Shown piece by piece: positions 43,545 through 57,069 of a DNA stretch of 64,000 nucleotides. The notes beneath the pieces were generated by a model, which ran no database searches, was not told the origin of the DNA, and was given only the letters and a program-made list of their open reading frames with translations. Both the position numbers and the translations under genes were made by a program. The DNA comes from Eledone cirrhosa (lineage: Eukaryota). The stretch covers positions 26,164,001-26,228,000 of the forward strand of contig OZ024756.1 in assembly GCA_964016885.1 (NCBI GenBank). Reading direction: 5' to 3'. Numbering within the stretch: position 1 is the first letter of the stretch; each line of letters begins with the position of its first letter.

Positions 43545-43619
<75 letters not shown>

Positions 43620-43620
<1 letters not shown>

Positions 43621-43960
43621 ATAATTGTTTGTTTTTATATTTTTTACACGACTGTATGTAAAATCCCCGGCATGTCTTTGTATTGTCCCCTTTCTTGTTG
43701 CGCCCTTGTGGCTAATAAAGAAATCTATCTATCTATCATAAGAAGGAGCAATTGCACAACACGCTCCTGGAGTTGAGGGTTGTTCTATCGACGGGGTATT
43801 AAACAACCCATTTGTGGCGCCTCCCCCCTATTGGGGATTTCGATTGTTGTAATTGTTTGTTTTTATATTTTTTACACGACTGTATGTAAAATCTTCGGCA
43901 TGTCTTTGTATTGTCCCCTTTTCTTGTGCGCACTTGTAGCTAATAAAGAAATCTATCTAT
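43620..43960 (+). mobile_element. Two nested/tandem Tx1-like 3' UTR fragments inside (ATCT)n; another at 31420-31490(-)
   Basis: Each ends gctaataaagaaatctatctatc. Confidence 0.8.
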
Positions 43961-44112
43961 CATATATATGTAGATATTGTATGTATGTATAAATTGTAAT
44001 ATTCATAGTACAAATTTCCGACCATTATCCTATATTGCCCAAGAAACACCAACAGACACAGAAACACCAACACCACTAGCACCAACATTCCAACGCCATC
44101 ATCACCACCATT

Positions 44113-44146
<34 letters not shown>

Positions 44147-44349
44147 ACAACAACAACAAACATTGACTTTGTTATTAGTTCGTGTTTTATTTCCAATCTT
44201 TACGGAGATAATAATATTTATTTATTGCAATATGGCGGATGATGATGATGAGGAGGTGGAGTAGGAAAGAGGTAGAGAGGGAGGAAGGAGAGCTCATCAT
44301 CTTTTGCCGTTCGTTCTTGTTATTAAACAAAACAAATAAATCGATGGAA

Positions 44350-44664
<315 letters not shown>

Positions 44665-44698
44665 ATATATATGTATACATACACACACACACACACAT

Positions 44699-44770
<72 letters not shown>

Positions 44771-44806
44771 ATATATATATATGTATACATACACACACAC
44801 ACACAC

Positions 44807-44837
<31 letters not shown>

Positions 44838-45034
44838 AACACAGCCATAAACATGAACACAAACACAATCTAAAACCCAAACAGAAGCAAAAAAGAAAGA
44901 AACCTTAAATATATTCAGTCATATATTCAGTCATATATTCAGTCATATATTGATTGTTGTAGTTGAAGTGGATGTGAAATATTCAGAAAATATTCTAATG
45001 AATAGAGTAGAGACTTTCTCCTAACTCAGATAAC

Positions 45035-46020
45035 AACAATAATCACAAAACTGTTCCAATTAACAAAAGAGCAAACGTACGTAACCTAACCACCCCTTCT
45101 TCTAAGTAGAATAATTACAATAAATTGTTCCAATTACGAAGAGAACGTGCGTACGTAACATGACCACCCCTTTATCTAACTGGAATAGTAACAATAAACT
45201 GATCCAATTACGAAGGGAACGTACGTACGTAACCTGACCGCCCCTTTATCTAACTGGAATAGTAACAATAAACTGATCCAATTACGAAGAGAACGTGCGT
45301 ACGTAACACGACCACCCCTTTATCTAACTGGAATAGTAACAATAAACTGATCCAATTACGAAGGGAACGTCTGTACGTAACCTGACCACCCCATTATCTA
45401 ACTGGAATAGTAACAATAAACTGATCCAATTACGAAGGGAACGTCCGTACGTAACCTGACCGCCCCTTTATCTAACTGGAATAGTAACAATAAACTGATC
45501 CAATTACGAAGGGAACGTCCGTACGTAACCTGACCACCCCTTTATCTAACTGGAATAGTAACAATAAACTGATCCAATTACGAAGGGAACGTCCGTACGT
45601 AACCTGACCACCCCTTTATCTAACTGGAATAGTAACAATAAACTGATCCAATTACGAAGGGAACGTCCGTACGTAACCTGACCGCCCCTTTATCTAACTG
45701 GAATAGTAACAATAAACTGATCCAATTACGAAGGGAACGTCCGTACGTAACCTGACCACCCCTTTATCTAACTGGAATAGTAACAATAAACTGATCCAAT
45801 TACGAAGGGAACGTCCGTACGTAACCTGATCACCCCTTTATCTAACTGGAATAGTACAATAAACTGATCCAATTACGAAGAGAACGGCCTATGTAACCTA
45901 AACCCCCCTCCCCTTATCTGACTGGAATAGCAACAATAAACTGATCCAATTACGAAGGGAATGTCCGCACGTAACCTGACCACCCCTTTATCTGATTGAA
46001 ATAATAATAAACTGTTCCAG
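45035..46020. repeat. 74-bp minisatellite, ~13 copies
   Basis: Unit aactggaatagtaacaataaactgatccaattacgaagggaacgtccgtacgtaacctgaccacccctttatct (period 45178 to 45252). Edge copies are diverged. Confidence 0.95.
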
Positions 46021-46206
46021 TTTAGAAGAGAAATGAGAAGGCCGCGATTCAACTGTTTGGAACCGCAATATTTTATGTAGAACTATTTTAGGTGGTGTTC
46101 ATGCATTGTAGTTTTAAGTCTAAGATGGCTCTCCTCGGAAGGAGCAATAGAAGCGGTTTGGAGTTCATAAAGAGTAAAATCCAAGAGGACTCGTTAAAAG
46201 TTATAG

Positions 46207-46679
46207 GCATTGGTTAAGTTTAACGTCCTCGAAATTGAAAGTGGATTTTTCGACAAGTGAATGTATTTTTTTTTTTTTTTTCATCGTCGTTTAGATGTTT
46301 TTACCCAAATCCCTTATCATTCTCTGTCCTTCTTATGACCCGGCCTTAATTTGTTTATAGTTGGTGCCAACTTTGGCAAGATATTACAAAAACATCTAAA
46401 CGATGATGATGACACAAACACATATATATATATATACAAACACACATATATATATACATACAGACACACATATATATACACACATATACACACCCACACA
46501 TATATATATAAGAGAAAATAATCACACACGCAATACTAATTAACACCATATCACTATAGAGACCTGTTGTAAATAAACAAAGAGTGTATCGTAAATTTCA
46601 TTGTAAAAAAAAAACCAAACACATTCACTTGTCAAAAAATCCACTTTCAATTTCGAGGACGTTAAACTTAACCAATGCC
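46207..46679. repeat. ~58-bp inverted repeat pair (46207-46264 / 46621-46679)
   Basis: ggcattggttaagtttaacgtcctcgaaattgaaagtggatttt.. and its reverse complement. Confidence 0.85.
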
Positions 46680-46703
46680 AAAGTTATATATATATATATA
46701 AAT

Positions 46704-47279
46704 AATTAAAAAGAACAGAAAGATGCAGTAAAAGAGATTTATTCGGTTCTTACGTACGTTTCAATAGACATCAATTTGCCTAGATCTCGCTACATCTATA
46801 ATATTATATATTTAGTAGAGCATTCGATATCCAATGCACAATGGATCCCATATCATCAGATATTATCAGATATTGGATTGGCAGTATCGGTAGAGGGTCG
46901 GATGCCATGCTTTGACGCATAGAGTTACGGTCTTTGCCATTCTGAGTTCAAATCCCGCCGAGGTTAACTTTGCCTTTCATCCTTACGGGGTCGATAAAAT
47001 AAAGTACCAGTAATGCACTGGGTAATTGCTGGCCTTGTGCCAAAAGTAGAAACAATTATCAGATATGTCTATTGAAACGTACGTAAGAACCGAATAAATC
47101 TCTTTTACTGCATCTTTCTGTTCTTTTTAATTCTTTATACACGCCCCGGAATATAGCTAAACTGGAATATACACCTTTTTTCTGCATTTCGTTGAGCACC
47201 ACTCTGTTGTAAGCTGACATTCCACTACACGGTACATAACACTGTGTCCTGGAAAACATTAATGCACTCGTGCATAACC

Positions 47280-47282
<3 letters not shown>
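46704..47282 (+). mobile_element. Fold-back half-hammerhead element, family H3 (68-bp arms 46704-46771 / 47065-47132, ~150-nt tail), interrupted by a SINE
   Basis: Right arm atgtctatt GAAA CGTACG TA agaacc. Flanked by (TA)n. Confidence 0.7.
46874..47054 (+). mobile_element. SINE family A with 12-bp target-site duplication
   Basis: attatcagatat at 46862-46873 and 47055-47066. Confidence 0.9.
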
Positions 47283-47358
<76 letters not shown>

Positions 47359-47386
47359 ATCAAAAGATGGTTAAAGGAGTTCCATA

Positions 47387-47457
47387 TATTTTATTATGCG
47401 CATTTCAAAAACAAACATCATCATGCAATAATATTTGTGTTTTCATCAGATAAAACA
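47387..47457 (-). ncRNA. Mirror copy of the 47565-47635 hammerhead motif
   Basis: Reverse complement in the left arm. Confidence 0.85.
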
Positions 47458-47564
47458 GGAGAACATGATATGAAGGCTAAAAAACACTTGTGGATAGTGC
47501 AGTTTTAAATCAACAAAAACTGCACTATCCACAAGTGTTTTTTAGCCTTCATATCATGTTCTCC

Positions 47565-47635
47565 TGTTTTATCTGATGAAAACACAAATATTATTGCATG
47601 ATGATGTTTGTTTTTGAAATGCGCATAATAAAATA
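47565..47635 (+). ncRNA. Type I hammerhead ribozyme motif (right arm)
   Basis: tgttttat CTGATGA aaa-c-acaaatattatt-gcat-gatgatgtttgt-t-ttt GAAA tgcgca TA ataaaata. Palindromic stem III TGCGCA. Confidence 0.85.
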
Positions 47636-47759
47636 CATGGAACTCCTTTAACCATCTTTTGATCTTATATTATGCATACTCCAGTCCTACAAACTGTAGA
47701 GTGCTTCTTATCCGATATCTGCATTGCTTTATTGTACTACAATAAAACTCACCTCCTAC

Positions 47760-47830
<71 letters not shown>

Positions 47831-47861
47831 TGTATATGTAAAGACACACACATATATATAT

Positions 47862-48045
47862 ATAACAAAGAAAGAATGATAAGAAACCAGGTGGACCATA
47901 ACGCTCCAGAGTACTCAATACTTAGGCTAGTAGAGTGTGTAATAGGAAAAAAGTCAGGACCCCGACGGCTGAGCTCCGGCCGTTTCGAAAGCTAGATCCG
48001 AACTAACTGTCGAAACAGCCGGAGCTCAGCCGTCGGGGTCATGAC
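47862..48045 (-). mobile_element. Fold-back half-hammerhead element, family H1 (diverged copy 3)
   Basis: Tail aaccaggtggaccataacgc..gagtactcaatacttagg on the left, then hairpin gaccccgacggctgagctccggccgtttcga..tcgaaacagccggagctcagccgtcggggtc. Confidence 0.7.
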
Positions 48046-48077
48046 TCTTCATATATATATATATTTTTTCTCCAGAG

Positions 48078-48540
48078 CAGTGTTTCCCAACGCGGGCACT
48101 AATGCGTCTTTGTGTTGAAAGGGGGCGCTGGTAGTTTTAATTTCATTTGGGGGGGGGGGGGGGCGGTGGGCATTTAACCATTTTTTTTTTCAAATTTTCA
48201 GAAATTTTCAATATTGGTGTTTCAGATATATTGTATATTTTGCTATACCTAATTTATTACCCTATGTTTGATCTCCCCTTAGTAACCCTTATTTAGCAGG
48301 GAACCCTTTTAGGTTAAGGACCTAAGTCAATTCCTGTTTCACTTTTACAACACCGGCTGGGACGGTAGATATTTTTTTGTGGTTCAACCATTTATAATAG
48401 AAATGAAAACAATATTAACATTATTTTGCTATGAAAGATGAATTCAGTATAATATTTGAAATTTAATTTGACAGGAGTGCGTTGACAAAAATGTTTGTAC
48501 CCAAAAGGGGCGCTGGTTGAAAAAAGGTCGCGAAACATTT
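48078..48540. mobile_element. hAT (Charlie-like) non-autonomous DNA transposon/MITE
   Basis: TIR cagtgtttcccaac ... ggtcgcgaaacattt. 8-bp TSD ctccagag at 48070-48077 and 48541-48548. Confidence 0.85.
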
Positions 48541-48844
48541 CTCCAGAGTCTTTGGTCTCTGGGCTATCACAGAGTAGCGGAAGATGACCAAATACCAAAC
48601 ATTGACTGATCGTTTCGGCTGGTTGCCGTCGAGACTTTTAGTGCACATTCTCCAGGCGTTAGTTATCGTCTGCCAGATCAAAAGGAGAACATCACACAAT
48701 TAGAAAGGAACCCAATGAGGTGTGATCGGTGGTGCAAGTTGCAGTAACCGGACATATACCACACAGCCAAGGGTGTAGATTTTGTCCCCTCCCATCCCAC
48801 TTTATATAGATAGATAGATAGATAGATAGATACACACAGACACA

Positions 48845-48918
<74 letters not shown>

Positions 48919-48969
48919 GAGAGAGAGTGAGAGAGAGAACGCGCGAAAGAAAGAGAAATGGATAGATAC

Positions 48970-49049
<80 letters not shown>

Positions 49050-49174
49050 GCAGAGAGAGAATGAGTTTAGTTCGCCATGCTGGTTTGGCTGAATGATGTG
49101 ACGTCAGAATGTGCAAATGGAAGAAACATTTGTCTTAAAGATTTTTTCCATCGCAATACAAAATAATGTGTACT

Positions 49175-49219
<45 letters not shown>

Positions 49220-49369
49220 CACAAACATATACATATACTCACATATACACATACATGCACTCACATACACACAAAATATTTTACGCAGGACCGTTGCAGC
49301 AAAATTAATATGAATAGCATGGAGACGAAAAAAGGAGGAAGTGTATCTATACACAGCTACATTCATATA

Positions 49370-49400
<31 letters not shown>

Positions 49401-49647
49401 ATAAAGGTGAAAGAAGAAAATCTGTGCGAGTGATCAGGTGTTGCGGCAAAAAAAACCCACCATGTTGCCATGAGAAGCAGAGAAGATACAGAAAAATGTA
49501 AAAAAAGCAACCCAAAACACTGAAATATTTCAAATAAAATGAAAAATATACGAAAAAAAACATGGTTGTAGAAAACGAATTCTAAAGAAAAGCAAAATCA
49601 ATAATAATAATAATTTGACTGAAATGTAGGATCTCTATATATATGTA

Positions 49648-49713
<66 letters not shown>

Positions 49714-49720
49714 TAGATAC

Positions 49721-49812
<92 letters not shown>

Positions 49813-49846
49813 GCACACACACACACATATATATATACATATATGC

Positions 49847-49920
<74 letters not shown>

Positions 49921-50398
49921 ACGTACATACATAGATACATATATATATATACATATATATAATAAGAACATTGATCTGAATATGGAAAATATTCTTTAGA
50001 ATAGAAACAGGAATTCCCTTCTGAAGAATTAAAAAAAATGTATGAAAGGAATGTGTATAAGAAAAGGAAAGGAAAGAAAAAAACGATAAAAAGAGATATA
50101 CACGCACGCATACATGCATGTACATAGAAACATATAATTATATACATTTACATATCCATAAATATATGTGTGTATATATATATGTATATATATATATTTA
50201 TACTTATATATAATATATATATAAATAAAATAAGGGTAATATTGTGTATTACCCAATTACCAGTAAGACAATTAGCTCAATGTAAAATATCAGATATATT
50301 ACAGAGCAGAAATATTGTTACTGACACTATTAATTATAATGTATCTTAATGAATGTTCTAAGTATTAGGAATTTATTTATTTGTTTTATCATTGTGTA

Positions 50399-50445
50399 TG
50401 TTCCGATGATTCCAGTCATTTGTCTGGAAGAAACGATTGTCAGCA
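50399..50445 (+). pseudogene. Mutated hammerhead relic (U4C)
   Basis: tgtt CCGATGA ttccag-tcatttgt-ctggaa GAAA cgattg TC agca. GUC site, near-palindromic stem III. Confidence 0.62.
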
Positions 50446-50483
50446 ATTAAATGCAATAAACAAAAATTAGATGGTTTTATATG

Positions 50484-50550
<67 letters not shown>

Positions 50551-50615
50551 CAATATATATATATATATGGATATTATAGGGATGTATATGAAAGTATATA
50601 CGACATGTTTATGTA

Positions 50616-50800
50616 TAATTGTTTCTACTTTTGGCACAAGGCCAGTAATTACCCAGTACATTACTGGTACTTTATTTTATCGACCCCGTAAGGATGAAAG
50701 GCAAAGTTAACCTCGACGGGATTTGAACTCAGACCGTAAAGGGACGTAACTATGCTGGAAAGCATGGCGTCCGACTCTCTACCGATACTGCCAATCCACC
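50616..50800 (-). mobile_element. SINE family A; further copies at 59361-59539(-) and 61400-61543(+)
   Basis: Near full-length match to family A. Confidence 0.85.
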
Positions 50801-50839
50801 GCTCTTTATGTATAATAAACATAGAGTCTCGCTATGAAT

Positions 50840-51245
50840 TTTTTATAAGCTGTGATCAAGTCATAGCTATCTCAGAACAGGGGTCCATTCATCCTTCATA
50901 TCTCTTTCTTTCTTGCTCTCTAAGTCACAATTGTGCCCCTACGGCTCGAGGAGAAGTATGGCTTTACTACTTAATTAATTTATATGCAGAATTTTGCTTA
51001 TGATCCTTGAGGGTTATGTAGGGCTCGCTTTTGGCCATACATTTTTTTATAAGCTGTGATCAAGTCATAGCTATCTCAGAACAGGGGTCCATTCATCCTT
51101 CATATCTCTTTCTTTCTTGCTCTCTAAGTCACAATTGTGCCCCTACGGCTCGAGGAGAAGTATGGCTTTACTACTTAATTAATTTATATGCAGAATTTTG
51201 CTTATGATCCTTGAGGGTTATGTAGGGCTCACTTTTGGCCATACA
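50840..51245. repeat. 204-bp tandem duplication (2 near-identical copies) followed by short cttttggccatacatctat repeats
   Basis: aagctgtgatcaagtc at 50847 and 51051. Confidence 0.93.
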
Positions 51246-51393
51246 TCTATCTTTTGGCCATACATCTATCACTTTTGGCCTATCATCTATCTTAAGCTAA
51301 GATGCTAATGTAAGGCCTTTATATTGATTTGCTATAGGAGAGCCAACGCCAGTGCTAAACAAACTACTTAATGAGGGTTAAATGATGATAATT

Positions 51394-51458
<65 letters not shown>

Positions 51459-51663
51459 AATTAAAAAAGGGAGTTAAAGACTCACATTTATTCCCTATAA
51501 TTTAATGAGTTCAAGGATAAGATTCTGGGCTCTTTATAAATCAGCATATAGAGAGAAGTACACATATGTGTTCAATCATAGGGGATCAAACGCCACCAGA
51601 GTGACGAACATATTAAATACGGATGATTGAACACATATCTCTATGTGCATTTCTCTCTATATG

Positions 51664-51756
<93 letters not shown>

Positions 51757-51877
51757 ATTGTTATACTTGGGGAGGGTCATATTTGTGTAATAATATTGCC
51801 AGACTTAATAACAGAACACACTCACTGTTTGGTTGGTTTTCGCTTCTGTGTCTTTTATATCGGTTAATTTAATTTAT

Positions 51878-51992
51878 TCGGTCCTCAATGTTACCATTGA
51901 CTGACCAACGGTCAAAAATACAGATACAATAATGTCTATATTGTATCTGTATTTTTGACCGTTGGTCAGTCAATGGTAACATTGAGGACCGA
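51878..51992. repeat. Perfect DNA hairpin (54-bp arms, 7-nt loop)
   Basis: tcggtcctcaatgttaccattgactgaccaacggtcaaaaatacagatacaata and its reverse complement. Confidence 0.92.
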
Positions 51993-52161
51993 TGAGCTCA
52001 AGCCGTTTCGACGGCTAATTCTGGACGCAGAATTAGCCGTCGAAACGGCTTGAGCTCAGCCGTCGGGGTCCTACTCGTTCCTATTACCCACTCTACTACC
52101 CTAAGTATTGAGTACTTTGGTGCGTTATGGTCCACCTGGTTCCTTACCACATTTCCTTCGT

Positions 52162-52163
<2 letters not shown>
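51993..52163 (+). mobile_element. Fold-back half-hammerhead element, family H1 (copy 4, short left arm)
   Basis: Hairpin 51993-52058, then the H1 tail. Confidence 0.75.
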
Positions 52164-52231
<68 letters not shown>

Positions 52232-52235
<4 letters not shown>

Positions 52236-52437
52236 GGAAAAAGTATGACCCCGACGGCAGAGCTCAAGGCGTTTCGACGGCTATTTCTGTGTTGAATCAT
52301 AGAGTCCAGAAATAGCAGTCGAAACGGCTTGAGCTCTGCCGTCGGGCTCATACTTTTTCCTATTTCCCACTCTACTACCCTAAGTATTGAGTACTCTGGT
52401 GCGTTATGGTCCAGCTGGTTGCTGACCACAATTCCTT

Positions 52438-52440
<3 letters not shown>
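52232..52440 (+). mobile_element. Fold-back half-hammerhead element, family H1 (copy 5, longer loop)
   Basis: Hairpin 52232-52363 with loop tgttgaatcatagagtc, then the H1 tail. Flanked by (TA)n. Confidence 0.75.
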
Positions 52441-52511
<71 letters not shown>

Positions 52512-52627
52512 CATATTTTAATAATATTTCTTTGAGCATTTAATACAGAAGTTCACCAAACACTTTCAGGAATGATTAAATACCAAGAATTATATTATCG
52601 ATTTTCATGTGTTTATCTCCTTTTGTT

Positions 52628-52671
<44 letters not shown>

Positions 52672-52719
52672 TACGCATGTGTTTATATGTGTATCTCTGT
52701 TTGTACATTTGTATATTTG

Positions 52720-52758
<39 letters not shown>

Positions 52759-52817
52759 ATTTAAGGCCCCACTCACACAAATATGTGTATGTATACATAC
52801 ACGTACATACATATATA

Positions 52818-52895
<78 letters not shown>

Positions 52896-52968
52896 TATAT
52901 ACATATACATACATACATATATATGTATATATGTATATTTATATACATACATATATATGTATATTCAT

Positions 52969-53013
<45 letters not shown>

Positions 53014-53104
53014 CATATATATATATACATACATACATATATATATATATATACATATACACACATACATATATATATATATATACATACATACATATAT
53101 ATAT

Positions 53105-53172
<68 letters not shown>

Positions 53173-53435
53173 CACATACACACACATATATATATGTATA
53201 TACGAATACATTCATATATACGCAGATACATACATATACATACACATATATATGTGTACATATATATACATGTATACGAAAATGAATTTAGCTCAAAATT
53301 TTGACAGAAATTTTATTAATTCAATAATTTAATGGCTGAAATGTCACACACTTCAAGTGAAGAGGAAATAATTATACACTAAGTATATGTGAGTATGTGT
53401 GTGTAAATATGTATGTATGTATCTTTATATATATA

Positions 53436-53541
<106 letters not shown>

Positions 53542-53679
53542 ACACATATATATATATATATATATACACAATGATATTAAATAAATGGAAACTATATTTA
53601 TAAAAGTATATTTATACAACCATATTTATTCTATTATATATATTTGAATTACCAACAAATTGAATACCCCTTTTGCTTA

Positions 53680-53825
53680 TCTATATATATAAAACAGAGG
53701 ATGTCTTTCTGTGTGTGTGTGAGTTTGAATCCCTAAAACTCGAGAACCACCCAACTGACTGTTTTCAAACTTTACACAAGTAATACTTATGCTTCAGGGA
53801 GTGTTCTGAGCAAAAAAAAAAAAAA
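53680..53825 (+). mobile_element. Helitron-like 5' end fragment
   Basis: a|TCtatatatataaaa..gatgtctttctgtgtgtgtgtg.. start typical of non-autonomous Helitrons. No 3' end seen. Confidence 0.45.
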
Positions 53826-53889
53826 CAAGCGTGAAACTAAAAACCATTTGTACTGCCTCTCTGTTTTTTTGTTCTCTGTTTATTTATTC

Positions 53890-53960
<71 letters not shown>

Positions 53961-54517
53961 TATGTATACGTACATACATATATGTATACAGACGTACAGT
54001 AGTATGTATATATATATACATACATGCACATATATATATATATATGTACGTATCGTTTTTACTGAACATTTATTATAATGCTCGGTTTGTTTGTAAACAA
54101 ACAAATATATATATATATACACATGTAGGTATATATGTCTAAGCCTAAAGTGTGACTCAAGCTAGGATGCTTATGAGGCCGGTGTTTATCCCGGTTACCA
54201 TGGCGTTAAGCGACTGAGAGTACAATACTCCCCCCTGGACAGGACGCCAGTCCCTCGCAATGTTAAATTCCCAGCAATTGCTGGTACTCATTTTCAGCTG
54301 AGAATTCTGGAGCAATATGAAATGAAATGTTTTGCTCAAGAACACAACACACAACCCAATCCATGAATTGAACCGACAACGTTTTGGTCATAAGTCCAAC
54401 ACACTTACCACTAGGCCTCGCGCTTCCATGTATGTATGTATGTATGTATGTATGTATGTATGTATGTATGTATGTATGTATGTATGTATGTCAGGTCACC
54501 AGTTGGTGCTACTGGTA

Positions 54518-55098
54518 ACATGTATCCCAGTACAACCTGTCTCATGGTCGGGTCGTTGGCGACTAAACTGGCAACCCCACCAAGGTTTCTTGGTGAGGAG
54601 GGTGACTTTGGACATCCTGCAGGACTAAAAACAAAACCTGTCAAAGGGCAAGGGAGCTCTTAAGAGTCAATGGCCATCCAAAATCACCGGGAGAGATGAC
54701 CCCTTAGCCTTTGTCAAGGCAGAATTCTAGGAGAAGGAAAACTCTGATATAACACCTGCAGCCCTGATGGTATCCAATGATGTTGACTTGTTCTTCTTTT
54801 TGGTAAATATCATCTTGGTTAAGAGAGTGGGACTGGCTTTGTGCAGTGCCTTTGCTCACTATAAAAGCTTCACGGCACAGGCATTGCTTTATATCTGGAG
54901 ATCTCTCTGCACTTGTCGTCACATGGTACCATGGGCCCAGCACTATGTGTCAATAATGGTCACAAGTGTAGTCTTTGTACCAGAGTTTTCAAGTCGCTGG
55001 CTGGACTAAAAAATCACACTCGTTCAGCGCATCGGTAGGGGTTCTCCTACATCGATATAAAGTAGTGGCCGTACTCGAAAACGAGTTGGCAGCCACCA
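54518..55098 (+). mobile_element. Non-autonomous bipartite RTE-derived element (second near-identical copy)
   Basis: Reverse complement of 29171-29745. Ends gtactcgaaaacgagttggcagccacc(at)n. Confidence 0.7.
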
Positions 55099-55381
55099 TA
55101 TATATATGTATGTATATATATATATGTATCTATGTATGTTATTATGAATGTATATGTGTGTGTGTGTGTGTATGAATGTATGTATGCATGCATGTATGTA
55201 TGTATTATGTGTGTGTTTATGTGGTTTAGTGGTTAGGGTGTTCGACGAGATTTGAGGTGTCCTTGAGCAAGATATTTCATTTCACGTGGAGAAAAATGAG
55301 TCGTACCTGTCATTGAAACGGCAATCCTTGGTTCACAGTGTCTGTGGGATCTAGAACAAGACCAGACGTGACTGTTAAACG

Positions 55382-55416
<35 letters not shown>

Positions 55417-55619
55417 GACACAGACACAGACACACACACGCACAGACACACAGACACAGACACACACACACACAGACACACAGACAGACACATATGTATA
55501 TATATATATATATATGTATATATACTACACACACACACGCACGCACACACACAAACACACACACGTATATATATATATATATATATATATATACTACACA
55601 CACACACACACACACACGC

Positions 55620-55663
<44 letters not shown>

Positions 55664-55737
55664 TACACACACAGACACACGACACACACACACATATATA
55701 TATATACATACTACAGACACAGACACACACACACACT

Positions 55738-55782
<45 letters not shown>

Positions 55783-55858
55783 TACACACACAGACACAGA
55801 CACACACACACACACATATATATATATACATACTACAGACACAGACACACACACACGC

Positions 55859-55900
<42 letters not shown>

Positions 55901-55925
55901 TACACACACAGACACACACACACGC

Positions 55926-55957
<32 letters not shown>

Positions 55958-56013
55958 TACACACACAGACACACACACACGCGTATATATATATATATAT
56001 ACTACACACACAG

Positions 56014-56044
<31 letters not shown>

Positions 56045-56190
56045 CATACTACACACACAGACACACACACACACTCACACACACATATATATATATATAT
56101 ATATACATACTACACACACAGACACACACATACACGTATATATATATATATATATATACATAATACACACACAGACACACACACATACAC

Positions 56191-56252
<62 letters not shown>

Positions 56253-56380
56253 TATATACTATTCTTTATTATCGCAAAACTTGTCTCATGATCCTATCTG
56301 CACTCATTCTCACGTACGTCTGTCAACTATAGATTATATAAAATGCTTGTGTGTGCTTGTATGCCCCCCCCCTCTCTCAG

Positions 56381-56445
<65 letters not shown>

Positions 56446-56889
56446 ATCTATAGTAACACATGGGAAATAGAGGATTGAGGGTAAATATTGCTTAGTGTAC
56501 ATGTACTTAGAACAGTTACTGGTGCGTGTGTATGTCTGTGAATGAGTATATGTGTGTATGTTTATGTATGTATGCATGTGTGTGTGTGTGTGTGTGTTTA
56601 TAATTATATCTGTGTGTGTATGTGTGTATGTGTGTATGTACATATGTGTGTTTATTACAAAGAAAATAGCGAGATAGAGATGACGAGAGAGTGAGGGTGA
56701 TGCATAGACAGAAAGACAAATAGTTCGAGAGAGAGAGGGAGAGATAGATAAATAGATAGATAGATAGATAGAGAGAGAGTGTGTGTATGTCTGTGTGTGT
56801 GTGAAAGAGAGAGAAAGAGAGAGACAGAGAGAGAGATAGTGTGTGTATGGGTCTGTGTATGTGTGTGTGTGTGTGTATGGGTTTGTGTA

Positions 56890-56920
<31 letters not shown>

Positions 56921-57069
56921 GTGTGTGAGAGAGAGAGAAAATGTGTGTGTATGTATGTGTGTGTGGAGAGAGAGAGATAAAGTGTGCTAAAAAATACATT
57001 ACCAGCGGCTTAAAAATGGAGGTTTAGATTTTCTCTTCTGCCACTGGAACTGTCATTGACAGTGTTAGC

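Larger units (their letters stand above)
47354..47668. repeat. 315-bp palindrome (153-bp arms, 9-nt loop, one mismatch seen) plus a tail to ~47762, within (TA)n
   Basis: ataagatcaaaagatgg...gtgcagtttt aaatcaaca aaaactgcac...ccatcttttgatcttat. Confidence 0.92.

Noticed and set aside
45035-46020. 74-bp satellite as a hammerhead-bearing satellite (ctgatcc...ggaa-cgt-ccgt-acg-ta)
   Set aside because: The core deviates at several invariant positions (CTGATCC, GGAA), and stems I and II do not pair.
49099-49106. CRE palindrome TGACGTCA (also NRF1/YY1-like words near 39968-40008 and CCAAT/GC boxes near 18985-19035)
   Set aside because: These are short motifs with no associated transcript evidence and are expected by chance in 64 kb.
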